DNA of 64,000 nucleotides from an uncultured bacterium (GTDB lineage: Bacteria > Pseudomonadota > Gammaproteobacteria > Enterobacterales > Enterobacteriaceae): the NCBI GenBank assembly GCA_965147305.1, contig CBCTJT010000017.1, positions 40,015 through 104,014 of the forward strand, in the 5' to 3' direction. How positions within the stretch are numbered: the first letter of the stretch is position 1; each line of letters opens with the position of its first letter. Of this stretch, positions 27,800-37,412 are shown one piece after another. A model generated the notes under the pieces. That model made no database searches. It saw nothing but the letters and a program-made list of their open reading frames with translations, and was not told where the DNA came from. The position numbers were made by a program, and so were the translations under genes.

Positions 27800-30475
27800 A
27801 TGAACGACGAAATCACCCGCCCCGATCCCGATGCGCTGTTGCTCAACCACAGCGACAGCCATCGCGGTAAGCTGAAAATCTACTTCGGTGCCTGCGCGGG
27901 CGTGGGGAAAACCTTCGCCATGCTGCAGGAGGCACAGCGCTTACGTACGCAAGGCCTCGATGTGCTGGCGGGCGTGGTAGAAACCCATGAACGGGAAGAG
28001 ACGGCAGCGTTGCTTATCGGCCTGGCAGTGTTGCCGCGTCGTGCCACCGGGCGTTCACGCCACGCTGAGTTTGATTTGGATGCGGCGCTGGCACGCCATC
28101 CGGCGGTGATCCTGATGGACGAACTGGCGCACACCAACGTGCAGGGTTCGCGCCATCCCAAACGCTGGCAGGACATTGAAGAGCTGCTGGAAGCAGGCAT
28201 CGACGTGATCACCACCGTCAACGTGCAGCATCTGGAAAGCCTCAACGACGTGGTTGGCGGCATCACCGGCATTCAGGTACGCGAGACCGTGCCCGATCCG
28301 TTTTTCGACAGCGCCGATGAAGTCGTACTGGTGGATCTGCCGCCGGACGATCTGCGTCAGCGTCTGAAAGAGGGCAAAGTCTACGTTGGCGATCGCGCTG
28401 AGCGCGCCATCGAAAACTTCTTCCGCAAAGGCAACCTGTTTGCCCTGCGCGAACTGGCACTGCGTCGCACGGCTGATCGGGTGGATGACCAGATGCGTGC
28501 CTGGCGCGATCAGCAGGGCCGCGACAAAGTCTGGCATACGCGTGACGCCATCTTACTGTGCATCGGCGACGACACCGGCAGTGAAAAACTGGTGCGCACC
28601 GCCGCGCGTTTAGCCGCACGTCTCGGCAGCGAATGGCACGCGGTGTACGTGGAAACGCCGCGTCTGAATCGCCTGCCGGAAGCGCGCCGTCGTGCCATTC
28701 TGCGCACGCTGCAACTGGCCCAAGAGCTGGGTGCGGAAACCGCCACTTTGTCCGATCCCGATGAAGCCCGCGCCGTACTGCGTTATGCGCGTGAGCACAA
28801 CCTCGGCAAAATCGTCACCGGTCGTCAGCCGCAGCGGCGTTGGCGGCGCGACAGTTTTGCCCAGCGATTAGGGCAACTGGGTCCAGATCTCGACCTGCTG
28901 GTGGTGGCGCTGGATGAACCGGTACGAGATGCGCCGCATCCGCTTACCGGCCAGCGCGTCAGCAGCGAAAAGTGGCGGCTGCACTTGCGCGGCTGCCTGA
29001 TGGCCATTGCGCTGTGCATTCTGGTGACGATTGTCGGCCGCTGGCTGCTGGTGGAGTTTGACCCGGCTAACGGTGTGATGATCTATTTACTTGCGGTGGT
29101 GCTGGTGGCGCTGCGCTATGGGCGCTGGCCATCGGTGTTCGCCACGGTAATCAACATCCTCGCCTTCGACCTGTTCTTTGTCGCCCCGACCGGCACGGTG
29201 GCGGTATCGGATTTGCAGTATCTGGTGACCTTCGCGGTGATGCTGGCGGTGGGGGTAATCGTCGGGAATCTCACTGCCGGGGTGCGCTATCAGGCCAAAG
29301 TGGCGCGCTATCGCGAGCAGCGCGCGCGGCATCTCTATGAGATGGCAAAATCCCTCGGCAGTGCCCTCACGCCGCAGGATATCGCCGCCACCAGCCAGCG
29401 GGTGATTGATGTCACCTTGCAGGCGCGTAGCCAACTGCTGCTGCCGGATGAGCAGGGCGAGTTGCAGGCGGTGGGGGACAGCACCATCGGCACGCCGCCG
29501 GATCTCGGCATTGCCAAATGGAGTTACAGCAAAGCGCAACCGGCCGGTGCGGGCACCGACACGCTGCCTGCGGTGCCGTACCAGATTCTGCCCTTGAAGA
29601 GCGGCAATCACTGCCGTGGGTTATTGGTGGTGGAGCCAGAAAACCTGCGCCAGCTGATGATCCCTGAACAGCAGCGTCTGGTTGAAACCTTCACAGTGCT
29701 GATTGCCAACGCGCTGGAACGCATGGCGCTGTCGCAAAGTGAAGCGGCTTCACGTCTCGCTGCCGAACGCGAACAGCTGCGTAATGCGCTGCTGTCTGCG
29801 CTGTCGCATGACCTGCGCACGCCGCTGACGGTGCTGTTTGGTCAGGCCGAAATGCTGATGCTGGATCTGGCTGGTGATAACTCAAAATATGTCGGCCAGG
29901 CGAACCAGATTCGTGAACAGACGTTAAGCACCATTCGGCTGGTGAGCAACATGCTGGATATGGCGCGCATTCAGTCCGGCGGGCTTAATCTACGCGAAGA
30001 GTGGGTAGCGCTGGATGAAGTGATTGGCGGGGCGCTGAGCAGCATGGGGCCGTCGCTTAAAGGGCATGATTTTACGCTCGATCTGCCGTCGGAATTGGTG
30101 CTGATCAAAGGCGATAGCGCGATGCTTGAGCGCGTGTTTACTAATCTGATCGAGAATAGCCTCAAATATGCGGGTAACGCCGCGCAGCACGGTATTCGCG
30201 CCTGGCGAGACAAAGATCGGCTGGAAATTGCCGTGTGGGATAACGGTCCAGGAATCGCCGAGGAGAATATGACGCGCATTTTCGACAAGTTTGCGCGTGG
30301 CGATAAGGAATCGGCGGTGCCGGGCGTTGGGCTCGGTCTGGCGATCAGTAAAACCATTATTGAATCCCATCGCGGGCGCATCTGGGCGGAAAATCGGCCA
30401 CAGGGCGGCGCGGCGTTTCGCTTATCGCTGCCGCTACCGGCAGCCCCTGAAATTTCTGAAGAAGCGCTGAAATAA
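27800..30475 (+). CDS. kdpD: Sensor histidine kinase KdpD (891 aa, full length)
   Basis: N-terminal KdpD domain (GKLKIYFGACAGVGKTFAM), Usp-like segment, 4 TM, H-box LSALSHDLRTPL, and N/G boxes (WDNGPGI, GLGLAI). Confidence 0.95.
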   Translation: MNDEITRPDPDALLLNHSDSHRGKLKIYFGACAGVGKTFAMLQEAQRLRTQGLDVLAGVVETHEREETAALLIGLAVLPRRATGRSRHAEFDLDAALARHPAVILMDELAHTNVQGSRHPKRWQDIEELLEAGIDVITTVNVQHLESLNDVVGGITGIQVRETVPDPFFDSADEVVLVDLPPDDLRQRLKEGKVYVGDRAERAIENFFRKGNLFALRELALRRTADRVDDQMRAWRDQQGRDKVWHTRDAILLCIGDDTGSEKLVRTAARLAARLGSEWHAVYVETPRLNRLPEARRRAILRTLQLAQELGAETATLSDPDEARAVLRYAREHNLGKIVTGRQPQRRWRRDSFAQRLGQLGPDLDLLVVALDEPVRDAPHPLTGQRVSSEKWRLHLRGCLMAIALCILVTIVGRWLLVEFDPANGVMIYLLAVVLVALRYGRWPSVFATVINILAFDLFFVAPTGTVAVSDLQYLVTFAVMLAVGVIVGNLTAGVRYQAKVARYREQRARHLYEMAKSLGSALTPQDIAATSQRVIDVTLQARSQLLLPDEQGELQAVGDSTIGTPPDLGIAKWSYSKAQPAGAGTDTLPAVPYQILPLKSGNHCRGLLVVEPENLRQLMIPEQQRLVETFTVLIANALERMALSQSEAASRLAAEREQLRNALLSALSHDLRTPLTVLFGQAEMLMLDLAGDNSKYVGQANQIREQTLSTIRLVSNMLDMARIQSGGLNLREEWVALDEVIGGALSSMGPSLKGHDFTLDLPSELVLIKGDSAMLERVFTNLIENSLKYAGNAAQHGIRAWRDKDRLEIAVWDNGPGIAEENMTRIFDKFARGDKESAVPGVGLGLAISKTIIESHRGRIWAENRPQGGAAFRLSLPLPAAPEISEEALK

Positions 30476-30529
30476 CTTCACACAAGTTCGGGTATACTCG
30501 GCCACTTGTCTGTTGATTAATGGGAAATT

Positions 30530-31027
30530 ATGGAACGTTTTATCGAGAACCTGATGTATTCATCGCGCTGGTTGCTGGCACCGGTTTACATTGGACTTTC
30601 GCTGGGGCTGCTGGCGCTGACCGTTAAATTTTTCCAGGAAATTTTTCACCTGTTGCCGAATATTTTCGCTATCGCAGAGAACGATCTGATTCTGCTGCTG
30701 CTGTCGCTGGTGGACATGACGCTAGTCGGCGGATTGCTGGTGATGGTGATGCTTTCTGGTTACGAAAACTTTGTCTCCAAGCTGGATATTGATGAGAACA
30801 AAGAGAAGCTGAGCTGGCTGGGCAAGATGGATTCTGGCTCGCTGAAGAACAAAGTCGCGGCTTCGATTGTCGCGATTTCATCGATCCACCTGCTGCGTAT
30901 CTTTATGGACGCGCGCAATGTCGATGACAGTAAGTTGATGTGGTACGTGATTATCCACCTGACCTTTGTGCTGTCGGCCTTTGTAATGGGCTGGCTGGAT
31001 AATATGTCGAAGGTGGAGAAGAAGTAA
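30530..31027 (+). CDS. yqhA: UPF0114 family inner-membrane protein
   Basis: [28 protein letters not shown]...[17 protein letters not shown] is collinear with E. coli YqhA as I recall it; 165 aa. Confidence 0.85.
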   Translation: MERFIENLMYSSRWLLAPVYIGLSLGLLALTVKFFQEIFHLLPNIFAIAENDLILLLLSLVDMTLVGGLLVMVMLSGYENFVSKLDIDENKEKLSWLGKMDSGSLKNKVAASIVAISSIHLLRIFMDARNVDDSKLMWYVIIHLTFVLSAFVMGWLDNMSKVEKK

Positions 31028-31039
31028 TTTCGTGTGCCA

Positions 31040-31059
31040 GGTGCGCCATTATGGCGCCC
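31040..31059. repeat. REP palindrome GGTGCGCCATTATGGCGCCC
   Basis: GCGCCAT-T-ATGGCGC palindrome between the convergent yqhA and LysR gene ends. Confidence 0.75.
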
Positions 31060-31066
31060 TGGACCC

Positions 31067-32005
31067 TCAACGCACCGGCTGCGTGCCTGCCAGCTTCGGC
31101 ATCACTTCCCTGATCATCGCGAAAAACTGCCTCATCCTGGCAGGGTAATAACTGGCCCACGGATAGGTCAGCCATACCGGCAGCGGCGGGGCTTGCCACT
31201 CGGGCACCAACTGAATTAAATCCCCTTTCGCCAAATCCCCCTGTACCACCCATGACGACACAATCGCCGCACCCATGCCCGCCAATACCGCTTTGCGGAT
31301 AGCGTACAAACTGTCGCTGGCGAGGCGTGGCGCAATAGCCAGATTCACCGGCTGGCCATCACTCAAACGCTGTAGTGCAAGCTCATTGCGGTAAAAGCTG
31401 GTCAGCGCCAGCCACGGTAGCTCGGTGAGTTGGCTGACGTCATCAATCGACGCATGCTGCGCCAGCAGTGAAGGAGCGGCAACCACAAAACGCGGCACTT
31501 CAGCCAGCAGTATTGCTACCAGCGAGGGATCGTTCACTGCACCCACCTGAATCGCGCAATCGACGTTTTCGCTGATAAAGTCGGGCGTGCGATCATTGAG
31601 CATCCACTCCACTGTCAGACGCGGGTAGCGCTGTAAATACGCCACCAGTGGATCGATAAGCTGGTCCTGACCAAACGCATGCGGTGCACGTACGCGCAGG
31701 GTGCCAATCGGATCCTCATTAGAGCCAGTCAGCTCATCCTCCAGCGCGTGCCAGGTCGCCAGTAACTGCCGCGCCTGCGCATAACAACGTTCGCCATCAT
31801 CGGTGAGTTTCAACGCGTGGGTGGTACGCAAAATCAGTTTCAGCCCCAGGCGTTGCTCCAGCGCCTGCAATCGTCGGCTGATGGTGGGTTGCGTTGTGCC
31901 CAACTGCGCGGCAGCAGCTGATAACGATCCACTTTCGACAATTCGAATAAAGGTCTGCATCAATTCGATGCGGTCAACGCTGGAGGAGTTGCTCATACGC
32001 ACCAT
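31067..32005 (-). CDS. LysR-family transcriptional regulator
   Basis: IELMQTFIRIVESGSLSAAAAQLGTTQPTISRRLQALEQRLG wHTH. Start ambiguous (ATG at 32005 or 31996; neither has a strong SD). Confidence 0.8.
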   Translation of the reverse strand: MVRMSNSSSVDRIELMQTFIRIVESGSLSAAAAQLGTTQPTISRRLQALEQRLGLKLILRTTHALKLTDDGERCYAQARQLLATWHALEDELTGSNEDPIGTLRVRAPHAFGQDQLIDPLVAYLQRYPRLTVEWMLNDRTPDFISENVDCAIQVGAVNDPSLVAILLAEVPRFVVAAPSLLAQHASIDDVSQLTELPWLALTSFYRNELALQRLSDGQPVNLAIAPRLASDSLYAIRKAVLAGMGAAIVSSWVVQGDLAKGDLIQLVPEWQAPPLPVWLTYPWASYYPARMRQFFAMIREVMPKLAGTQPVR

Positions 32006-32088
32006 GCATAACAGTTCTGTGTTTGAGCAGTCTACCGCGTATGGCGGCAACGCGCTTTAATAAGCGCACTTTCACGGGGGAATCCACT

Positions 32089-33297
32089 ATGTCAGCCATT
32101 TCGCAATCGAATGCATTGCCAGCTGAAAAACTGCCAGCGCCGCTGGTCTTTACGCTAGCCGCAGGTGCCGGGCTTAGCGTGGCATCGATTTACTACAGCC
32201 AGCCGATGCTGGATATCATCAGTAAACAATTTAACGTCGGGATCGGCAGCGTTGGGATGGTGCCGATGCTGACGCAAGCGGGATACGCACTGGGCATTCT
32301 GCTGCTGGCGCCGCTCGGTGATCGCCACGATCGCCGCACCATTATTCTGATTAAAGGCCTGATGCTGGTCGCCGCGCTGCTGCTGTGTGGCTTCTCGGGC
32401 GGCATCAATGCGTTACTGATTGCCAGCTTTGTCACCGGTTTAACCGCCACCGTGGCGCAGGATATCGTCCCCGCTTCGGCGGCGTTAGCTCCGGAGCGCA
32501 GTCGCGGCAAAACCGTGGGTACGGTGATGACCGGTTTGCTGGTCGGTATTTTGCTGTCACGCGTGGTGAGCGGTGTGGTGGCGGAGTATTTGGGCTGGCG
32601 CACCATGTATATGGTGGCCGCGGTGGCCGTGCTGCTGATTAGCCTCGCGCTGTGGCGCGTGTTACCGCGCTTCAAGCCGGGCACCTCAGTGAGTTATCCG
32701 CGTCTGCTGCTGTCGCTGGCGCATCTGTGGCAGCATCACCAGACGCTGCGCCGTGCGGCGATAGCGCAGGGATTGCTGTCGGTGGGTTTCAGCGCCTTCT
32801 GGTCAACGCTAGCGCTGATGCTGAGTCAACGCTTCCACTTTGACAGTGCGGTCGCCGGAGCATTTGGCCTTGCCGGTGCGGCGGGTGCGCTGGCAGCCCC
32901 GCTGGCTGGCAGTATTGCTGACCGCATCGGTCCAGCGCGTGTCACTCAGTATGGCGCTTCGCTGGTGATGGTGTCGTTTGCCCTGATGTTCCTGCTGCCG
33001 TTGTTACCTGTTCCGGCACAGATTGGTCTGATTATCATCAGCACCATCGGTTTCGATTTGGGTGTGCAGGCCACATTGGTAGCGCATCAGACGCTGGTGT
33101 ACAGCCTGGCGCCAGAAGCGCGTAGCCGTCTGAACGCGCTGATGTTCACCGTGGTGTTTATCGGCATGGCAACCGGCGCAGCTTTAGGTAGCCTGGCGTT
33201 GGCACACTTTGGCTGGACTGGTGTGGTAGCACTCTCCACACTCGCCGCTGCGCTTGCTTTGATGATCCGTCTGGCGAGCCGCCATCTGAAAAACTGA
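32089..33297 (+). CDS. MFS transporter (402 aa)
   Basis: ORF trimmed to MSAISQSNALPAEKL (GGGGGA SD). 12 predicted TM; PLGDRHDRR loop 2-3 motif. Divergent from the LysR gene. Confidence 0.8.
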   Translation: MSAISQSNALPAEKLPAPLVFTLAAGAGLSVASIYYSQPMLDIISKQFNVGIGSVGMVPMLTQAGYALGILLLAPLGDRHDRRTIILIKGLMLVAALLLCGFSGGINALLIASFVTGLTATVAQDIVPASAALAPERSRGKTVGTVMTGLLVGILLSRVVSGVVAEYLGWRTMYMVAAVAVLLISLALWRVLPRFKPGTSVSYPRLLLSLAHLWQHHQTLRRAAIAQGLLSVGFSAFWSTLALMLSQRFHFDSAVAGAFGLAGAAGALAAPLAGSIADRIGPARVTQYGASLVMVSFALMFLLPLLPVPAQIGLIIISTIGFDLGVQATLVAHQTLVYSLAPEARSRLNALMFTVVFIGMATGAALGSLALAHFGWTGVVALSTLAAALALMIRLASRHLKN

Positions 33298-33350
33298 TTG
33301 AGTATCTTGTGCCAGGCTTAAGGGAGAATGTTATTTAAAAACGGAGCGTT

Positions 33351-34700
33351 ATGAACTTCCTGGCCTGGACCGCCGCCACCGGTGGTCTGTTACTTCTCAT
33401 GTCACTGGCTTCCGGTTGGATTCACCGCGGGCCAGTGACCGCATTTGGGCTCTATCTGTTTGCCGGTATTCTCTGCGGCCCGTGGCTGCTAAATCTGCTG
33501 CAACTCGACATCCTCGGGCACGCCGAACTTGCCGCCCATCTCACCGAAATCGCCATGGCCGCATCGCTGTTTATCACTGGCCTTAAATTACGCGTGCCAC
33601 TGACAGCCCATGCCTGGCGCGTGGGGGTACGGCTGGCGTTTCCTGCCATGCTGCTCACCGTGGGCGGCATGACGCTGCTGGTGCATTGGATTACCGGTTT
33701 TGACTGGGCGCTGTCGCTGGCATTTGGCGCGATTGTGGCACCGACCGATCCGGTGCTGGCCAGCCTGATTTCCGTTAACGATGCGCGCGATGATGACGCA
33801 TTACGCGTGGCGCTTTCCAGCGAAGCCGGGATGAACGATGGATCGGCGCTGCCGCTGTTGATGCTGGCGTTGCTGTTGATGCAGTCCGACACGCTGGACA
33901 TCAGTCACCTGGGCGAATGGGCGCTAAAAGATGGACTGTGGGCCATCGGCGGCGGGTTAGCCATTGGCTATCTGCTCGGCCGCTTGATTGGTCAGCTCGC
34001 CACCCAGTTGCGCAGCGCGCACCAGGATATTGCACCCAATGATTTTCTCGCGCTGGCACTCATCGCGTTGAGTTACGCGGCGGCGCAGTCGCTGGACGCT
34101 TCCGGCTTCCTCGCCACCTTTGCGGCAGGCGTCGGGTTACGTCGCGCTGAGCTGCGTGTGGTGAAGCACTATCCGCAAGACGAGTTGTCAGAAGAGGAGC
34201 AATACCTGCCGGCAGAAGCGCGCGTCAATCCCAATCAACGACTGGCGCACGGTGGCAGCGGTATGGTCAAATCAATGGGGTTGGTGGTCGGCGATGCATT
34301 GTCGTTTGGCGATACCATCGAACGCCTGCTGGCCGCCGGCATGATGGTGGTGTTGGGGATTACGCTAGCACAGCACTGGAATCTCACCGGGATTGGCCTC
34401 GCGCTGTTGCTGTTTGTGGTAGTGCGACCGCTTGCCGTTTGGATTACCACCTGGCGCTGCGAAATGCCGTTGATGCGCCGCCTGTTAATTGGTTGGCTGG
34501 GGATTCGCGGCATCGGCAGTATCAATTATATTGCTTACGCCTGGGTGCACGGTATGCGCGGCCCACAGGCAGAGCAAATGGTGGATATGGCGTTGACGTT
34601 AGTGGTGTGCAGCATCGTGCTGCACGGCATCACGGTGACGCCGTTGTTAAACTGGCGTGCAGCCCGTCAGGCGGCACGTGCGCAACATCATCAAAAGTGA
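33351..34700 (+). CDS. Cation:proton antiporter (Na+/H+ exchanger family, CPA1-like)
   Basis: 449 aa polytopic protein. GAIVAPTDPVLA and SEAGMNDGSALP are the conserved Na_H_Exchanger motifs. Confidence 0.8.
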   Translation: MNFLAWTAATGGLLLLMSLASGWIHRGPVTAFGLYLFAGILCGPWLLNLLQLDILGHAELAAHLTEIAMAASLFITGLKLRVPLTAHAWRVGVRLAFPAMLLTVGGMTLLVHWITGFDWALSLAFGAIVAPTDPVLASLISVNDARDDDALRVALSSEAGMNDGSALPLLMLALLLMQSDTLDISHLGEWALKDGLWAIGGGLAIGYLLGRLIGQLATQLRSAHQDIAPNDFLALALIALSYAAAQSLDASGFLATFAAGVGLRRAELRVVKHYPQDELSEEEQYLPAEARVNPNQRLAHGGSGMVKSMGLVVGDALSFGDTIERLLAAGMMVVLGITLAQHWNLTGIGLALLLFVVVRPLAVWITTWRCEMPLMRRLLIGWLGIRGIGSINYIAYAWVHGMRGPQAEQMVDMALTLVVCSIVLHGITVTPLLNWRAARQAARAQHHQK

Positions 34701-34726
34701 TTTTCTGGAAATTACTGGAGTCTGTT

Positions 34727-35074
34727 ATGAAAGCCATAATGATCGCCCTTGTTGGGCTCTCGCTCTCCGCCAGTGTCTTCGCCGCCGACGGTGATAACAC
34801 CAGCGAAGAGAACGTGTATGCCAGCCAGTTGTGCCATCTGGTGAGCACGGAAAAAAAGACCAGCGATCTGGATACTTACACCGAGAAGATGAAGTCGCAG
34901 TTGGCTGGCAGCCAGTCTTCATCCGCCGTGGATAAGCCTGAATTTAATGAAGAAATCGCGCAGGAAGTGATTAGCGCCTGGCTGGAACTGGGCGAGGATG
35001 AACGCACGCAGCTGCGCCATAATCAGCAGCAGTGCGAGCAAACAGTGATGACCCAATTCCAGCAACAGGATTAA
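34727..35074 (+). CDS. Small exported protein, 115 aa, two Cys (hypothetical)
   Basis: Internal Met of ORF 34439..35074 with a CTGGAG SD. Sec signal MKAIMIALVGLSLSASVFA/AD. Gln/Glu-rich mature part; Cys36 and Cys103. Followed by a strong terminator. Confidence 0.6.
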   Translation: MKAIMIALVGLSLSASVFAADGDNTSEENVYASQLCHLVSTEKKTSDLDTYTEKMKSQLAGSQSSSAVDKPEFNEEIAQEVISAWLELGEDERTQLRHNQQQCEQTVMTQFQQQD

Positions 35075-35094
35075 AAGTTTTTATCGCCAGAATA

Positions 35095-35119
35095 CGCGCC
35101 TTTTCTGGCGCGTTTTTTT
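35095..35119 (+). terminator. Intrinsic terminator
   Basis: CGCGCC-TTTTCT-GGCGCG followed by T7. An outer CGCCAGAA/TTCTGGCG pairing is also possible. Confidence 0.8.
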
Positions 35120-35233
35120 ATGGATCTTTTGTACAAAATGCGTACATAATCGCCAGCGTTGAAAGTTGACACGTATCACATAACGAGACGCAGCCCACAA
35201 GGCTGACATATTTTTCAATACTGGCTACTGGGC

Positions 35234-36133
35234 ATGAAACTTACACGGCGTGGTTTTCTTCTAGCAACCGGGGCAACCGTCCTTTCGATGACCACGGGCA
35301 AACTGTTTGCCCGCGATGACATCATCCCATTGTGGCCCGACGATCCGCCGGGCGGCGGCGGGCCGTCTGGGCTATTGAAAGTCAGTATGAACGGCTCCTG
35401 GACCAACATCGTTTCCCCGGCCATTCAGCGTTTCCGCCCGGAAAATCCCAACGGCGAAGCGGTGATTGTGGCGGCTGGCGGTGGCTATCGCTTTATCGGC
35501 ATGGGTCGTGAAGCCTGGCCGGTGGCGCGCTGGTTAAATGCCAATGGCTACACCGTGTATGTGCTGAGCTATCGTTTGCCGGGTGAGAAGTGGCAGGCGG
35601 GCAATCTCGCGCCGCTGCAGGATGCACAGCGCGCCATTCGTCTGGTGCGTTCCATGGAGAGTAAAGTGCATCTGCTTGGCTTCTCTGCTGGTGGACATCT
35701 GCTCGGCATGGCCGCCGCGCGCCCCGATTTCATCACTTATCCCGCGCAGGACCCGCTCGACCAAATCCGCCCAACGGCTGACAGCGTCGGCCTGATTTAT
35801 CCGGTGATCACCCTTGAAGCGCCCTATCAGCACACCAAAACGCATCTGATGATGGTGGGCGATAACGCCACGCCGACGCAGGAAGCAAATTGGTCAGTCC
35901 AGAATTACGTGACGCGCCAGTATCCGCCGACGTTCCTTGCCCAGGCAGAAGACGATCACACCTCCAATCCGCACAATACCGAAATGATGCGCGATGCCTG
36001 CCGTCGTATGCAGGTGCCGGTGGAATTGATTGAGTTAAGCAGCGGTGGGCATGGTTTTGGTCTGGGTAAAGCGGGTACACCTGCCGCACTCTGGGATCAG
36101 GCGTATGTGCGCTGGCTGGATCTGCACAGCTAA
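35234..36133 (+). CDS. Exported alpha/beta hydrolase (esterase/lipase-like) with twin-arginine leader
   Basis: MKLTRRGFLLATGATVLSMTTGKLFA Tat-type signal. GFSAGGHL nucleophile elbow; 299 aa. Confidence 0.75.
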   Translation: MKLTRRGFLLATGATVLSMTTGKLFARDDIIPLWPDDPPGGGGPSGLLKVSMNGSWTNIVSPAIQRFRPENPNGEAVIVAAGGGYRFIGMGREAWPVARWLNANGYTVYVLSYRLPGEKWQAGNLAPLQDAQRAIRLVRSMESKVHLLGFSAGGHLLGMAAARPDFITYPAQDPLDQIRPTADSVGLIYPVITLEAPYQHTKTHLMMVGDNATPTQEANWSVQNYVTRQYPPTFLAQAEDDHTSNPHNTEMMRDACRRMQVPVELIELSSGGHGFGLGKAGTPAALWDQAYVRWLDLHS

Positions 36134-36144
36134 GCGCGAGAGTA

Positions 36145-36205
36145 CGCAAAATGCGCCATTCAGGAAATTGCGCATTCCGCGCGTTCAGGAATGCGCATTG
36201 ATTTG
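36145..36205. repeat. Cluster of three TGCGC(C)ATT REP half-sites with a GCGCATTCC/GGAATGCGC inverted pair
   Basis: AATGCGCCATTCAGGAAATTGCGCATTCCGCGCGTTCAGGAATGCGCATTG read directly, between convergent gene ends. Confidence 0.65.
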
Positions 36206-36241
36206 CCCTGCAGTCGCCTGTGCGATGTGGCTTAGCCAGCG

Positions 36242-37159
36242 CTACGTCAAATTAAAATACTTATCCGGCTGGCGTGATTCTGGCAGCGGGAACTCATTGT
36301 TCATCGCCTTCAAATTACGTTCGATATTGACGCACAGCGCATCCAGCGGCAGATGATTGGGCGCGGTGCCGAACGGATCTTCCAGCTCTTCCGCCAGTGA
36401 TTCCAGTGACAGGAAGGTGTAAGAAATAAACACCGACACCAGCGGCGTCATCAGATGCAAATCCGCCACCAGCGCAAACGGCAACAGCGTGCAGAACAGA
36501 TACACCGTGCGATGCAAAATCAGGCTGTAAGCGAACGGAATCGGCGTACCGGCCAGGCGATCACATCCTCCTAAATAGGCCGACAGATGATTAAGATTTT
36601 CATCAATGCTCTGCCAGACAATATCCGACACCACACCTTCATCACGCCGCTGTGCCAGCCATTCGCCCATGCACAGCAGCGTTTTCGACGTCGGCATCGG
36701 ATTACCCACGACCGCACGCTGCCATTTTTCGGGCAGCAATCGTCTCAGATCGGCCTGCGCATCGGTTTGGCGTAAACGGTGTTTTAGCGCCCAGCTAAAT
36801 GCCAGCTGCAGCCCGATAAATTCCTGCACCTGTTCGGCACTGATATCACGAATGCCCTTGATCTGCCGTAACAGCGAGCGCTGGGTAATGTGCATGTTGC
36901 CCCACAGCGTGCGTGCCTCAATAAAACGCGCATAGCTGGCGTTATTGCGGAAGCCGAGGAAGATAGCAATCGAAACGCCAATCAGGCTGAACGGCGCGGT
37001 GGTGAGGTGAATGCCGAAGGTGGAGTACCACGGATAGCCGATAACGGCGATCACTGACATCAGCAGGTTAAGCGACAGGCGAAACACAATGCTGACCAGC
37101 ACCGAGCCGTGCCAGTCAAACAGCCGGAGAAACCAGTGTTGATGAGGACGTACGATCAT
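36242..37159 (-). CDS. yneE: Bestrophin-family (UPF0187) anion channel
   Basis: MIVRPHQHWFLRLFDWHGSVL...IPFAYSLILHRTVYLFC...AEELEDPFG is collinear with E. coli YneE as I recall it; 305 aa. Confidence 0.85.
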   Translation of the reverse strand: MIVRPHQHWFLRLFDWHGSVLVSIVFRLSLNLLMSVIAVIGYPWYSTFGIHLTTAPFSLIGVSIAIFLGFRNNASYARFIEARTLWGNMHITQRSLLRQIKGIRDISAEQVQEFIGLQLAFSWALKHRLRQTDAQADLRRLLPEKWQRAVVGNPMPTSKTLLCMGEWLAQRRDEGVVSDIVWQSIDENLNHLSAYLGGCDRLAGTPIPFAYSLILHRTVYLFCTLLPFALVADLHLMTPLVSVFISYTFLSLESLAEELEDPFGTAPNHLPLDALCVNIERNLKAMNNEFPLPESRQPDKYFNLT

Positions 37160-37412
37160 TTTGCGATGGTGTTTTTTATGATTTTGTTGGCACAGGTTAC
37201 GCCCGCTGTTGCAGCGGAAGCAATGTGAAATTCAACGGGTTTTAGGCAAAAAACTGCATGTGAAAGGTGTATTTGTCTTTGTAAATCAGTCTTCTAAAAA
37301 CACTTTGAACAAGTTGTAAAATTCTTTGCGTTATCTCTTCATCGCCCCTTTCTCTAAAGTTCATTTCAGCAGCACAACATACAAATTTAAAAACACTTTA
37401 GAGGAATACATC

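Noticed and set aside
30476-31066. Search for a kdpE remnant or pseudogene after kdpD
   Set aside because: The only coding frame is a full-length yqhA homolog. No receiver-domain-like translation appears in any frame, so I do not call a kdpE pseudogene.
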